DNA of 64,000 bases from Paramoeba atlantica (Eukaryota; Protista; Discosea): positions 682,001-746,000 of the forward strand of contig CDRNVI010000029.1 of the NCBI GenBank assembly GCA_977017575.1, in the 5' to 3' direction. A program made the position numbers and the translations under genes. Shown here one piece after another: positions 21,099-31,219 of the stretch. Under the pieces are notes generated by a model. That model made no database searches and was not told the origin of the DNA. It was given only the letters and a program-made list of their open reading frames with translations. How positions within the stretch are numbered: position 1 is the first letter of the stretch; the number at the start of each line of letters is the position of its first letter.

Positions 21099-22841
21099 AT
21101 GGTCTGCCCCACCCCTGCCTCCGCTGCCACGCTACGACAGGGCTTTCACACCCTGATCATTGGAGGCGGCACCGCGGGGTGTGTGTTAGCCTCTCGTCTG
21201 TCTCTTTCCGGAATCTCCACCCTGCTGGTGGAGCGTGGTACCGTGGAGCCCCTCACGTCCTCATGGAAAACACGCATGCCCGCGGCACGACTGATGCACG
21301 CCCTCCCCGAGCTTACGAACCCCTCTCCTCCTTTTTCAACATTTTCAGGAGGCAAGCCTCCATTTATAAAACACAACGTGATTTGTGCTACGGATCAAAC
21401 CGTGCCGCAGCGGGGATTAGGGGGACGTGTGTTACATTCCCATCGTCCTGCAGTTTTAGGAGGACACAGTGCCATTACCTCTTTATCGTACCACCGAGGC
21501 ATGCCTCAGGAGTACGACGGATGGGGGATCGACCCCTGGGGTGGGGAAATGTGCGAGGAGGCGTTTGAGGAGCTGGAGAGTCTTCCCCATCAGTGGTTTC
21601 CGGAATCTGCAGGGATTGCACTCCCGGGACTCCCGAAATTGGCGTTATCTCCATGTCAGCCGTTTTCTCCTCTGGCCAGCGGGTTCATGGAGGGTTTCTG
21701 TGAGCTTCAAATGGATTATTTCTCGGAGCTTTCCGCATGTCAAGCGGTGGGTCGTGGTGCGGTCGGGCACGCCCAGCTGCGGGTAAATCAAAAAAATGGG
21801 GAGACAAGTACTAGTGAGTCCTGCTGGCTGCGTCGTGCTTTGTCTGATTTCCAAGGAAGTCGGTCACTTACCCTCACGACAGGCACTACCGCGGTGAGGC
21901 TACACCTCCGCAGTGAGTCCTCCAAGGAGGTAACGACCGTGGAAGTTCTTACCCACCAAAACGAGACCGTTTTAGTACCCTGTGAGAGAGTAATCATGTG
22001 CGCCGGGGCGATCCAAACCCCTCAGCTGCTTCAGCTCAGTGGTATCGGCTCCCCGGAACATCTACAATCTCTCGATATTACATGTGAGCTCGCCCACCCA
22101 CAGGTGGGGGAAAATTTGCATGATCAATTGGAATTACAAATCCCGTTGGTCGTGAAAAACGACTTGAGTCTTAGTCCAATATACAGCCGTCCCGTACAAT
22201 GGATGGTCTACCTCGAGTGGCTCCTTCGGCGCAAGGGCTGGGGAACGAGCGATTTTTCTAGCACGGTTTGTTTGCTCCGCACCGATCAGGAGCGAGAAAA
22301 GCAGCAACGAGGCATTCCCTCCTCCGGAATACGTCTGTATCCGTACCCCCGTATCAGGCCTAACACCCAGCACGGATGTACTCTCTCCCTTGAGTTACTG
22401 CGACCGCAAAGTCGTGGATGCGTACAGATTTCTTCCCCTGAGCTTTCTTGCTCAGAGGTAGACTCGCATAGAAGTTCAATCTTCACATTAGACCCCAAAT
22501 ATCTCAAGAACACTCGCGACATCGATATTATACGGGAAACCCTGGAAGTAGCCCGCAGTTTAGTGGATAGCAACAAATTTCGTAGTTTTATTGTTCCCCC
22601 AGAGGAGGACGTTCCCCATGTTTCGGAGATACGCGATCGCGTGTTGTCACGTTCCCAGATGGGTGGTACGTGTGCATTAGGGACTGTGGTTGACGCCTCG
22701 CTGCTTGTTAAGGGCACACGTAATTTATACATTTGTGATAGCAGCGTGGTGCCTACACCGATGAGCTGCGGTCTCCTTCCCCCTGTTCTGATGTTAGCAC
22801 ATCGTCTGTCGAATGACATTTGCGGGTTACCCACTTGGTGA
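21099..22841 (+). CDS. GMC oxidoreductase (choline dehydrogenase-like) with substituted active-site residues
   Basis: IIGGGTAG FAD motif, LGG.S, GAIQTPQLLQLSGIG, VGENLHDQ, L.P.SRG.V and VVD..L.VKG..NL...DSSV.P. Confidence 0.88.
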   Translation: MVCPTPASAATLRQGFHTLIIGGGTAGCVLASRLSLSGISTLLVERGTVEPLTSSWKTRMPAARLMHALPELTNPSPPFSTFSGGKPPFIKHNVICATDQTVPQRGLGGRVLHSHRPAVLGGHSAITSLSYHRGMPQEYDGWGIDPWGGEMCEEAFEELESLPHQWFPESAGIALPGLPKLALSPCQPFSPLASGFMEGFCELQMDYFSELSACQAVGRGAVGHAQLRVNQKNGETSTSESCWLRRALSDFQGSRSLTLTTGTTAVRLHLRSESSKEVTTVEVLTHQNETVLVPCERVIMCAGAIQTPQLLQLSGIGSPEHLQSLDITCELAHPQVGENLHDQLELQIPLVVKNDLSLSPIYSRPVQWMVYLEWLLRRKGWGTSDFSSTVCLLRTDQEREKQQRGIPSSGIRLYPYPRIRPNTQHGCTLSLELLRPQSRGCVQISSPELSCSEVDSHRSSIFTLDPKYLKNTRDIDIIRETLEVARSLVDSNKFRSFIVPPEEDVPHVSEIRDRVLSRSQMGGTCALGTVVDASLLVKGTRNLYICDSSVVPTPMSCGLLPPVLMLAHRLSNDICGLPTW

Positions 22842-23033
22842 CGGGGTTCTGGTTCAATGCCCTTCGTCATAGCTGCTGTACATACTTTTAATCATAGTAG
22901 GTTTATGTTTCATTTTCAAATAAAACGGTTTTTCTATTTTTCTTTCCTTGAATACGTAAAAATAGATTAAAGAAATAAGCATGTTGAAGAAAGAGTTTCG
23001 TGCACTTATCAGACCAAATTTCTCTATAATATT

Positions 23034-23636
23034 ATGCACTCCTCAAGTGCCATAGATGTTCCAAGTACGCGCGCAGGTCGGGTTCGCAATGCCCTGCTAC
23101 CGCCCGAGCACGATTTACAGCAAGTTATTGCGTATCTCCCTAAGCGCATGAAGTCGTGGACCGTCGAAAATCGCGCGAGTCAGTGGACCGGCATCAAATG
23201 TGACGAGCAAGGACGTGTGATTGGCATTAACTGGGCGCAAGGCAAACTGCCTGGCCACATTAGTGGAAGACTATGTCTTGATTTTCTCCCCCGGTCAGTA
23301 CGACAATTAGAATTATCGATGAATCACCAAGTGGAAGAATTTTACTCAGGCGTTTTTGATTTTACCAAGCTCCCACCACCTTTGGAAACAATGGATCTGT
23401 ACTACAACGAATTCACGGGGGAGGTAGATCTTACATCTCTTCCGGAGGGACTTACCTATCTAAATCTTTGCAACAACCTCTTCGGAGGGGAGGTTCATCT
23501 TGACAAACTTCCTTCTAGTCTTTCTTATCTAGATCTAGGGGCGAATCGTTTGCACGGAAGTATTGAGCGAAAGCAAATACCACCTCAGCTAAATTTACTT
23601 TTATTTGAGACGCAAATACGCGTTATCAATTCATAG
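23034..23636 (+). CDS. Leucine-rich repeat protein (Perkinsela-type)
   Basis: WTGIKCDEQGRVIGINW cap and LPxxLxxLxLxxNxFxGEV repeats. Confidence 0.9.
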   Translation: MHSSSAIDVPSTRAGRVRNALLPPEHDLQQVIAYLPKRMKSWTVENRASQWTGIKCDEQGRVIGINWAQGKLPGHISGRLCLDFLPRSVRQLELSMNHQVEEFYSGVFDFTKLPPPLETMDLYYNEFTGEVDLTSLPEGLTYLNLCNNLFGGEVHLDKLPSSLSYLDLGANRLHGSIERKQIPPQLNLLLFETQIRVINS

Positions 23637-23929
23637 TTCCGAATCATTAGTGTTTGTTTTCACCGAACCAAGAGTGCATAAACCTGGTTGCTCTGCTGTT
23701 GATCGGAAAAGAACTTTTAAACAGAAGAGTGTGCAAACCTATACCGGGACACCATCCTAACAAATTTCTTAACTTCTTGAGAAAGTACCGAAAGGGCACA
23801 ATACGTGTATTAAAGGCACGTTATAGCTTCCCTCATTTTATTAAAAAGTTAGTTGGATTTTTGATGATGAACACTACTTGTAGCTTCTAAAACAATAATG
23901 TATATTATACAAGGTAAGTATTTTTAATA

Positions 23930-24303
23930 CAGGGGGGATCAGCTAATGCTGGGGGGGGTCTAAAATTTGCAAACTTTGGCCAATTTTGGAAAATAATAGC
24001 ACATTCGAGAGCTCTCACACAGCCCTCCTGTGGAGGATATATCGCTTACCGTGCTTTTGCACACGACGCATTTTAGAGTCAAAATACGTTTTTTCGACTT
24101 GCATTTTTTCGATTTTTTCGATTGTTTTTGAGATTTCTCCTGTTTTCATCATCCATGCCTCAAAGACGAGTATCTTCACGTTCACTTGGAACGACATATC
24201 CACCACAGGAGGGCTGTGTGAGAGCTCTCGAATGCGCTATTATTTTCCAAAATTGGACAAGGTTTACAAATTTTAGACCCCCAGCATTAGCTGATCCCCC
24301 CTG
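23930..24303. mobile_element. 374-bp Tc1/mariner-type MITE with ~110-bp TIRs and TA TSD
   Basis: TA|CAGGGGGGATCAGCTAATGCTGGGG... (23930-~24042) is nearly mirrored by ~24191-24303 ...GCATTAGCTGATCCCCCCTG|TA. Confidence 0.93.
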
Positions 24304-24384
24304 TATACAAGTTGTATATTCTTCTGCTAAAATGCAGAGTGACTGAAAAGCGACTTTCGTAGTAATACAACTCTTCATTTTGAC

Positions 24385-27120
24385 ATGCTGGAGTATTTGG
24401 AAAATGAGATGTTTAGCGATGTGGAGATATATCATCCAGCAAGCTCCACTAAACTGCGCTGTCACGGGATAGTCCTGGCTACCAAATCTGCATACTGGAA
24501 ACGGCGCTTGGAGGCCTCGGTAACTTGTTCCCATGAAAGTAAGATTCACAGTGAAACGAATCAATGCAATGGGACATCAAGTTCCCATAGTGCGTTGCGT
24601 GAGAATACGAACAAGGAAGATTGTAAGTCAACGCAAAGAAATATTGGGAAGAAATGTTTCTCCCATCAAAACAACAATGAGAGTGAAGGTACAGGAGCTC
24701 ATTGTGCCTCATCGTATCGCGTATTATTGGACGATTTACCCTCTTGCATTACAAGCACCACACTGCGTCATGTGATACGATTCATGTACACCGATTATAT
24801 TGATGTGGTCTCTAAATTTATTATGGCTACAGCAGGCTGCTGCGATATTGATAGTTCGGTACAAAACAAATCTACAACATCTAGTGAGAGTGGTCCTTAT
24901 AGAGCTCATTTTCCAGGTGGCTTTTCTGACGCTTCATTTCCACTACGATCACATACGCCAACTCAATCTATCACCGATCCACTGAGTTCAGTGAGTCAAT
25001 GCTCGGCTAGTACTTTACAAAGATCAAGTCAGAGCACCTCATGTTTTCTATCCAGCCAATCACTTCATTCCTCATCAAACATTCTCTCCGTACGCTCGCT
25101 CGATGAAAGTTTCACTTCTCCTGAAACCGATACACTAAAGCCAATTTGGGGCGTGGAGGATGAGCGCTGGCTTTCGAGACATCTGCCTTGTATGACTTTT
25201 TTGGCGTCTCGCTAGGAGATTTCAACTTTTTTTGGTCTGTTAAAAAAGGTTCTTCCCGAGATAATGAAAAAGTGTCCTACGTTTTCTCTGTCTCTCCTTC
25301 AAGAATTAAGATTTTCAGAAGCCGAAGTGTCGTGTGAAGAAAACAATTTGCTCACGGAACTATGCGTTCGCCATCTTACACTATTCGTTAGAATAGATAG
25401 GGAGGTACTCTCCACAACGTATTCTTCATCCATCACGTATGATGACGCTGTTTCTCATGAAAATACGACCCACCAAAATCAGGTAGCTGCTGCAAAGAAA
25501 ATTCCGTCCTTTTCACAAGGCAAATCATGCGAAAATATGAATGAAATGATAGAGAACGAAGTCACACTATTCTCGGATTTATCTTTCGGAGAGGAATTTA
25601 TAACTTACACAAATGAGCTTCTTAAACCTTCTGAAATGCTACAAGTCGTATTAAACACACAGCGTATTATGGGAGACGTGCAAGACGAAGTGTTTGATGA
25701 GGTTGATATATTAAGTGGGACCTCGTGCGAAAATATCCTGGAACCTAGATTGGGAAATTGTCTTACCACAGAATCTCCACGGCAATTATTGAATCTACAA
25801 GTTTCGAAATACCTCTTAAGCTTGCCACTTGACTGTCTGAATGACCAGGAAAGTCTGTTTCAATTGTGTGAGTCTGTTTCATCGCCACCTCTCGATCTCA
25901 CCCTTGATCTGTTTCAATTTTCTATACGTATTCAAGAACCAGAACTCACTAACCGGTGTTTGAAATCCTTTTCTTCCGATAGAAGTCTGCTGTCAAAATT
26001 TTTGCAAAAACATCAAACAGATCGTACGTCTAGTCTTACTCCAAACGATCCTGAGCATAATGCTTCCTGTAGTCACTGCTCTCCCCAAAAGGCATACAGT
26101 GTTGAATCAGAAAATATACAACGAATTCCCTATACAGCAGAAGAATACGCTATTGGGGATTCGAATAAAGAAACATCTCGAACCGCAAAAGACTCTGATA
26201 CCTGGAAAACCGGAGCCGTACTGCCAGTTGCTGAAGGTTGCTTATCGGTTTTTACACGACCACAGCATGAAGTTCCAGTAGAAAATTGCAAGACGCCTGA
26301 CGCATACTGCACTCCCTCTAGCCAAATCCTATCGTTTTGCGCATCATCTAAAGTGATAGGAGCAGCTTCCATGCGTGCTCCCAGTAAACTCCCTTGTAGG
26401 CCAAATTTGGAGGAATCCCCTTGTCTATGCTCCTCCAATTTGCTGAACATTTTGTCTCGCGTTGTTAGTCGAGGTCTTATAGGTGATACTCGGTTCGAAT
26501 GTCGGGATCTGATAGAGCATTCTATTAGCTCATCGTGCAGCATCCCACTAAATCAGGGTCCTAATGTACACGCCTCATCCGAGGAACAAAAGAAAGAAAT
26601 TGATGTAGCCTTAAGTCAGTTCGACGTTGCAGAAAGAGAAATCTTTACTAAAGAGCTTTTGAAGGCTTATTCGCAGCAACAAATACTGCGCAATGTATCT
26701 GCATCGAAAGGGGCGACGATCCCTGAACAAGACATTTTAGATCATTTCACGACCTTTTTAAAGGATTCTGTGTACTACGTTTACGAGCAGAATCGAACGG
26801 AACCAAAGCTGACTTCAGGAGAACTCAAACGATCATTCTTAGAACAACGGGAAGAAATGGGCCATCAAAGAAAACGAATTCGTCGAACCGAAGCTAAAAT
26901 AAATCATATACGGAATCTTGTGCATCGGGATTTATCTGCGATTAAATCTAAATATCAGAACCTAAAGGAGAGGGACACCGACTCTCCTATTCATTCTTTT
27001 ATTTCTTCAACTAGAAAAAGTTTGAAACACTTTCGTCTACTTCAAAAGCGTAGAATAGAGGACTTAGATAAGTATCTTAAACAAAGTATGGATCTAATGG
27101 AGCAGTGTGTGCATAATTAA
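24385..27120 (+). CDS. BTB/POZ protein with C-terminal coiled coil; reading frame interrupted by one TAG (25213-25215)
   Basis: FSDVEI......LRCHGIVLATKSAYW and LRHVIRFMYTD. ORFs 24385-25215 and 25264-27120 share a frame, with 16 stop-free codons between them. Confidence 0.75.
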
Positions 27121-27685
27121 TGTTCACAGTTCATTTAGCGGATCAGTCTTCATGTTCGGAAATAGGGATTTGGTTCAGAGAGCGATATCTTGCCAAACGA
27201 TTTGTTTAATAGCAATTACCGTTAGCTATACCGCATTTACCCGCTAGGTGGGTAATTACCCGACTTACCCGTTTGGGTATGACTTTTCGAATAGCAAAAA
27301 GGTCGTTGTCGAGCCAAGGTTGTATTGCTGTTTTAGGTGCATTGTGTATTTTTCCGAATCGAACACCGTAGAGAACCATGAGCATCTGTTTAGCCAATCT
27401 CTGCCGTTGTCACCTTCATATTTATATGTAAACGAGAGGGGGACACCTTTCGTGTAGGATGGACTCATAGTGTTGACGTAGTTTGTCCTGACGACAAACA
27501 GTTCTCAGAGCAACATCGTATGACTTACACTGTAATTACATACAGTATATTTAACTCATTCAACACTTTAAATCTTTATTATCTAATAGTATTAGATAGT
27601 AAATACACTATAGTTCTCGACTATCTTGACGGAATAAGTATAGTCTATATTCTCCTAAGAGTGTATATTGAATATCTTTACCCAT

Positions 27686-30600
27686 ATGGATTCCTCTACT
27701 ACTCAAGAACACAAAAGCTTTGTCAAGAAAATAAAGGGCCGTGGGGCCAAGAAAAAAGAGCTTGCTGTCAAAAAGAAGCGTGAATTGGACTCGGAACCTA
27801 ATAGGGGTCGCAACCCCAAAGCATTCACCCGACCCTCCGATGGTACACGTAAGGCGCTCGCAACGAAAAGAAAGGTTGAACAGCGAGAGAATCGCCTCCG
27901 GTTGCCCAACATCGACCTTTCCTATACGAAAACCTCTCCACCGCCGTTAGTGATTGCGGTCGTAGGACCACCCCGATCTGGAAAGAGCACATTGATACGA
28001 TCTCTGATAAAGGCTCTAACACAAAAGAAAGTGCAACGCGTGAATGGTCCCATCACAATGTGCGGCAAAAATGATTCCCAACGTGTAACATTTCTTGAGT
28101 GCCCTGCAACATTGAATGCCATGTGCGATGTAAGCAAAATTGCAGACATCGTAGTCATGGTAATCGACAGCTCCTTTGGCTTTGAACTTGAAACATTTGA
28201 GTTTTTGAATATCGCAACTGTACATGGGCTCCCGCGAATTGTTGGTATCTTAACGCACCTGGACAACATGAAAAATAATAAAACTCTCAAAAAATCGAAG
28301 AAGATTATGCGACATCGCTTTGCTCAAGAGGTTTCACAAGGTGCAAAATTGTTCTATCTCACTGGGAGGGAAAAAAGCGGGTTGTACAAGAGGAGTGAAA
28401 TGCTGACGCTTCAACACTACCTACACTCTGTTAAGGCCACGAATGTAACTTGGAAAGGTTCCCATCCGTATCTTCTTGCAGATCGATATGAAGATATTAC
28501 AAACAACGACGAGTCGGACGCATCTGATAGTAATCGAACTGTTGCATTCTACGGTTATGTCCGAGGCAAACCTTTACTGCCCCGTCAAAGCGTTCATCTT
28601 CCTGGGGTCGGTGACTACCCTGTTGCGCATATTATGCCTTTAAAAGATCCTTGTCGGACGATGAAGAAAAGCACGACCCGGTCCTTGACAGGTCGTAGCG
28701 GGCGTAGCGTCTACGCTCCCCAGTGTGATCTTGGGGAGCTGAGCTACCAACAAGATGGTGTGTTTGTACACATGGAACCACCTTCGCAGGCGTCGCCTTT
28801 ATCAAATGAAGCAACTGTCGAATCTGGGATCTCCTTGATTCAGGAGCTGCGAGATTTGAAGGCAGAAACGTTTTCGCATGCGGGAAAAATGTCCAACCTT
28901 TCTAGGGAGAGCTCAGCTAAAAATGGGTTTGTTCATCATGAAAATAATCTTTACGTGAGGGAAACGGATATTGCGTTAGAGGTTGAAACCAACAACACAT
29001 GCTTGTATTCGGATTTGGATTGCACTAAGCTTATTCCCTTCACTGGTCAGCCAACCACCAAAACAAATTGGGATGATCCAGAGAAAATAGGTAGCATCAG
29101 AAATTTGTTTATCACAGGAAGATGGGAAGAATCCGACTTATCAAAAGGCCTCCTTGAGGGGAAACCAAGCGAAGAGGGTTCATTAGAAAAAGGGTACGAA
29201 AGTATGGATTCAGAGGATACAGAGGATTCCAAAAATATGCAGAGCGATACGGACTCTGATAGCAGTAATGCAGCTAACGATGAAGAAGGAAATTACACAC
29301 ATCAGAATCGCGATGAGAGTTCCACACTCAGAAAACGGAAACACGCTATTCTTCAAGGTGACGAAGAAGCCCATTCTCTTGTACAGCACTTTTTGAATTC
29401 TTCATCCGTGGACAAGCCTTTAGTGCAATCGGAAAGTCCAATTGAAACCCAAAATTCTCTTCAAATCACAGCTGGTCTATCAAACGTTCCGCCTGGTATG
29501 TCAGCTGATTACTTTGAGCGAAAGAAGCGTCAAAAGCTCCAATTTTTGGATAGCTTATCAAGCACCAGATCTCCAAACTTAGATGACGGTGAAGATGAAG
29601 CACAAGAAGCCAATGTAACAAAAGGTCCTCAGACTCATCTTTCTCAGCTAGAGAATCAAGCAAAGAAACAGCACGAGTACGCTAATCAAGTGTTGGAAAG
29701 GATTGCCCCTGATGAGAACTCTCGCGTGAACATTTTAGGATATCTGCCTGGTATGTATGTGAGAGTTGTTTTGCGCAATCTTCCTGTGGAATCCTTAAAC
29801 ACATTACGTCAGTCGATCAATGCTCCTGTCATTCTCGGAGGTCTTCTTCCCGGTGAGGACACTCTGGGACTCATTCACGCTCGTGTAAAACGACATCGCT
29901 GGCACAAGGGTCTCGGCAAGTCGTACGATCCCGTTGTCTTTTCCATGGGGTGGAGAAGATTCCAGACCCAACCGATCTACGCAATGGAGGATCCCACAGG
30001 AAGGCAGCGTTTTTTAAAGTATACTCCTCAGCATATGCATTGTGTAGCAAGCTTCTACGGTCCTCAGGTTCCTCCAAATACAGGCATATGTGCATTACGT
30101 TTGCCTCGACAAGATGATAGTGAATCAATAGAAACGAAGCGTCCTCGATTTCGCTTGACCCTTTCTGGCTATACCATGGAAATTGCGACGACGTCTAGAA
30201 TAGTGAAGAAGCTCAAAATAGTGGGATACCCTCACAAGATCAGCAAGAATACTGTATTTGTCAAAGACATGTTTAGTAGTTCGAGCGAAGCTGTTCGTTT
30301 CGAAGGCGCAAAACTTCGTACAGTTTCCGGTATTCGTGGTGCAATAAAAAAGGCTGTAGCTACACAAGATGGGATGGTTCGTTGCAGTTTCGAAGACAAA
30401 TTGCTCAGGAGTGACATCATTTTTCTTCGTGCGTTCACGCCTGTGGAACCTCCCCAATATTATAACCCTGTCACAAATTTATGTGAAGTCGGTGGTCAGT
30501 GGAAGGGCATGCGTACCACCCGAGAGCTGCGTATTGCAACCGGTAGTAGCATTCCGAAGAATCCTGACAGTGAGTATCTTGAGAATCCAGTGCATAAAGA

Positions 30601-30970
30601 AGCCTCGGAGCACCACTTCTCTGTTCCGAAAGCACTCGCAAAGCAGTTGCCATATTCCCACAAGGAATCGAGAACGAATCCGAAGGCTAACATAGTGGTT
30701 GGAATACCGAAAGATATAAGAAGTGAAGTTGCTGAGTTGGCAACCGTATTTCAAGACCGCAAGGAGAGTCAGAAAATGTCCGTACTCGAGCACTTCGATA
30801 CAACCCGGAGGAAAATGGAGGCAACTGACGAAAAAGCAGCAAAGAAACGTTTGTTAGAAACCGAGAAGAAAGCCCGAAAAGACGAACTTCATCAAGCCCA
30901 ACGCGTTAAAAAATATAAAAAAGAAACCGCCAAGAAACTGGACTTTAGAAAAGGATCAAAGAGAGGATAA
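27686..30970 (+). CDS. BMS1: Ribosome biogenesis GTPase BMS1
   Basis: RNPKAF, PPPLVIAVVGPPRSGKSTLIRSL, FGFELETFEFLNI...HG.P, RVKRHRWH, SMGWRRFQT.PIY and FEGAKLRTVSGIRG.IKKA. Confidence 0.97.
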   Translation: MDSSTTQEHKSFVKKIKGRGAKKKELAVKKKRELDSEPNRGRNPKAFTRPSDGTRKALATKRKVEQRENRLRLPNIDLSYTKTSPPPLVIAVVGPPRSGKSTLIRSLIKALTQKKVQRVNGPITMCGKNDSQRVTFLECPATLNAMCDVSKIADIVVMVIDSSFGFELETFEFLNIATVHGLPRIVGILTHLDNMKNNKTLKKSKKIMRHRFAQEVSQGAKLFYLTGREKSGLYKRSEMLTLQHYLHSVKATNVTWKGSHPYLLADRYEDITNNDESDASDSNRTVAFYGYVRGKPLLPRQSVHLPGVGDYPVAHIMPLKDPCRTMKKSTTRSLTGRSGRSVYAPQCDLGELSYQQDGVFVHMEPPSQASPLSNEATVESGISLIQELRDLKAETFSHAGKMSNLSRESSAKNGFVHHENNLYVRETDIALEVETNNTCLYSDLDCTKLIPFTGQPTTKTNWDDPEKIGSIRNLFITGRWEESDLSKGLLEGKPSEEGSLEKGYESMDSEDTEDSKNMQSDTDSDSSNAANDEEGNYTHQNRDESSTLRKRKHAILQGDEEAHSLVQHFLNSSSVDKPLVQSESPIETQNSLQITAGLSNVPPGMSADYFERKKRQKLQFLDSLSSTRSPNLDDGEDEAQEANVTKGPQTHLSQLENQAKKQHEYANQVLERIAPDENSRVNILGYLPGMYVRVVLRNLPVESLNTLRQSINAPVILGGLLPGEDTLGLIHARVKRHRWHKGLGKSYDPVVFSMGWRRFQTQPIYAMEDPTGRQRFLKYTPQHMHCVASFYGPQVPPNTGICALRLPRQDDSESIETKRPRFRLTLSGYTMEIATTSRIVKKLKIVGYPHKISKNTVFVKDMFSSSSEAVRFEGAKLRTVSGIRGAIKKAVATQDGMVRCSFEDKLLRSDIIFLRAFTPVEPPQYYNPVTNLCEVGGQWKGMRTTRELRIATGSSIPKNPDSEYLENPVHKEASEHHFSVPKALAKQLPYSHKESRTNPKANIVVGIPKDIRSEVAELATVFQDRKESQKMSVLEHFDTTRRKMEATDEKAAKKRLLETEKKARKDELHQAQRVKKYKKETAKKLDFRKGSKRG

Positions 30971-31219
30971 GAAACTCATAGAGAATGTATGCGATTGCGC
31001 ACTGTGACAAGTAACGTAAGTATAAGTAACGGGAATTGACAGTATGAACAAGATATCGAATTGTTATAATATATGCGCGTCTTCAGGTATCTATCATACG
31101 ATGTACAGAAGATGGCATGCTTACTGTGTGTCGCTTTGTTACCACAAACCTATTTTCACTGCATATTGCTTTTGAACACTTTTATTTTTCCGTCTTAATA
31201 AACCTTCAGTGATCGTTTC

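Noticed and set aside
27248-27457. Small C2H2 zinc-finger ORF
   Set aside because: His spacing is wrong (HxH) and the ORF is only 69 aa with no other support.
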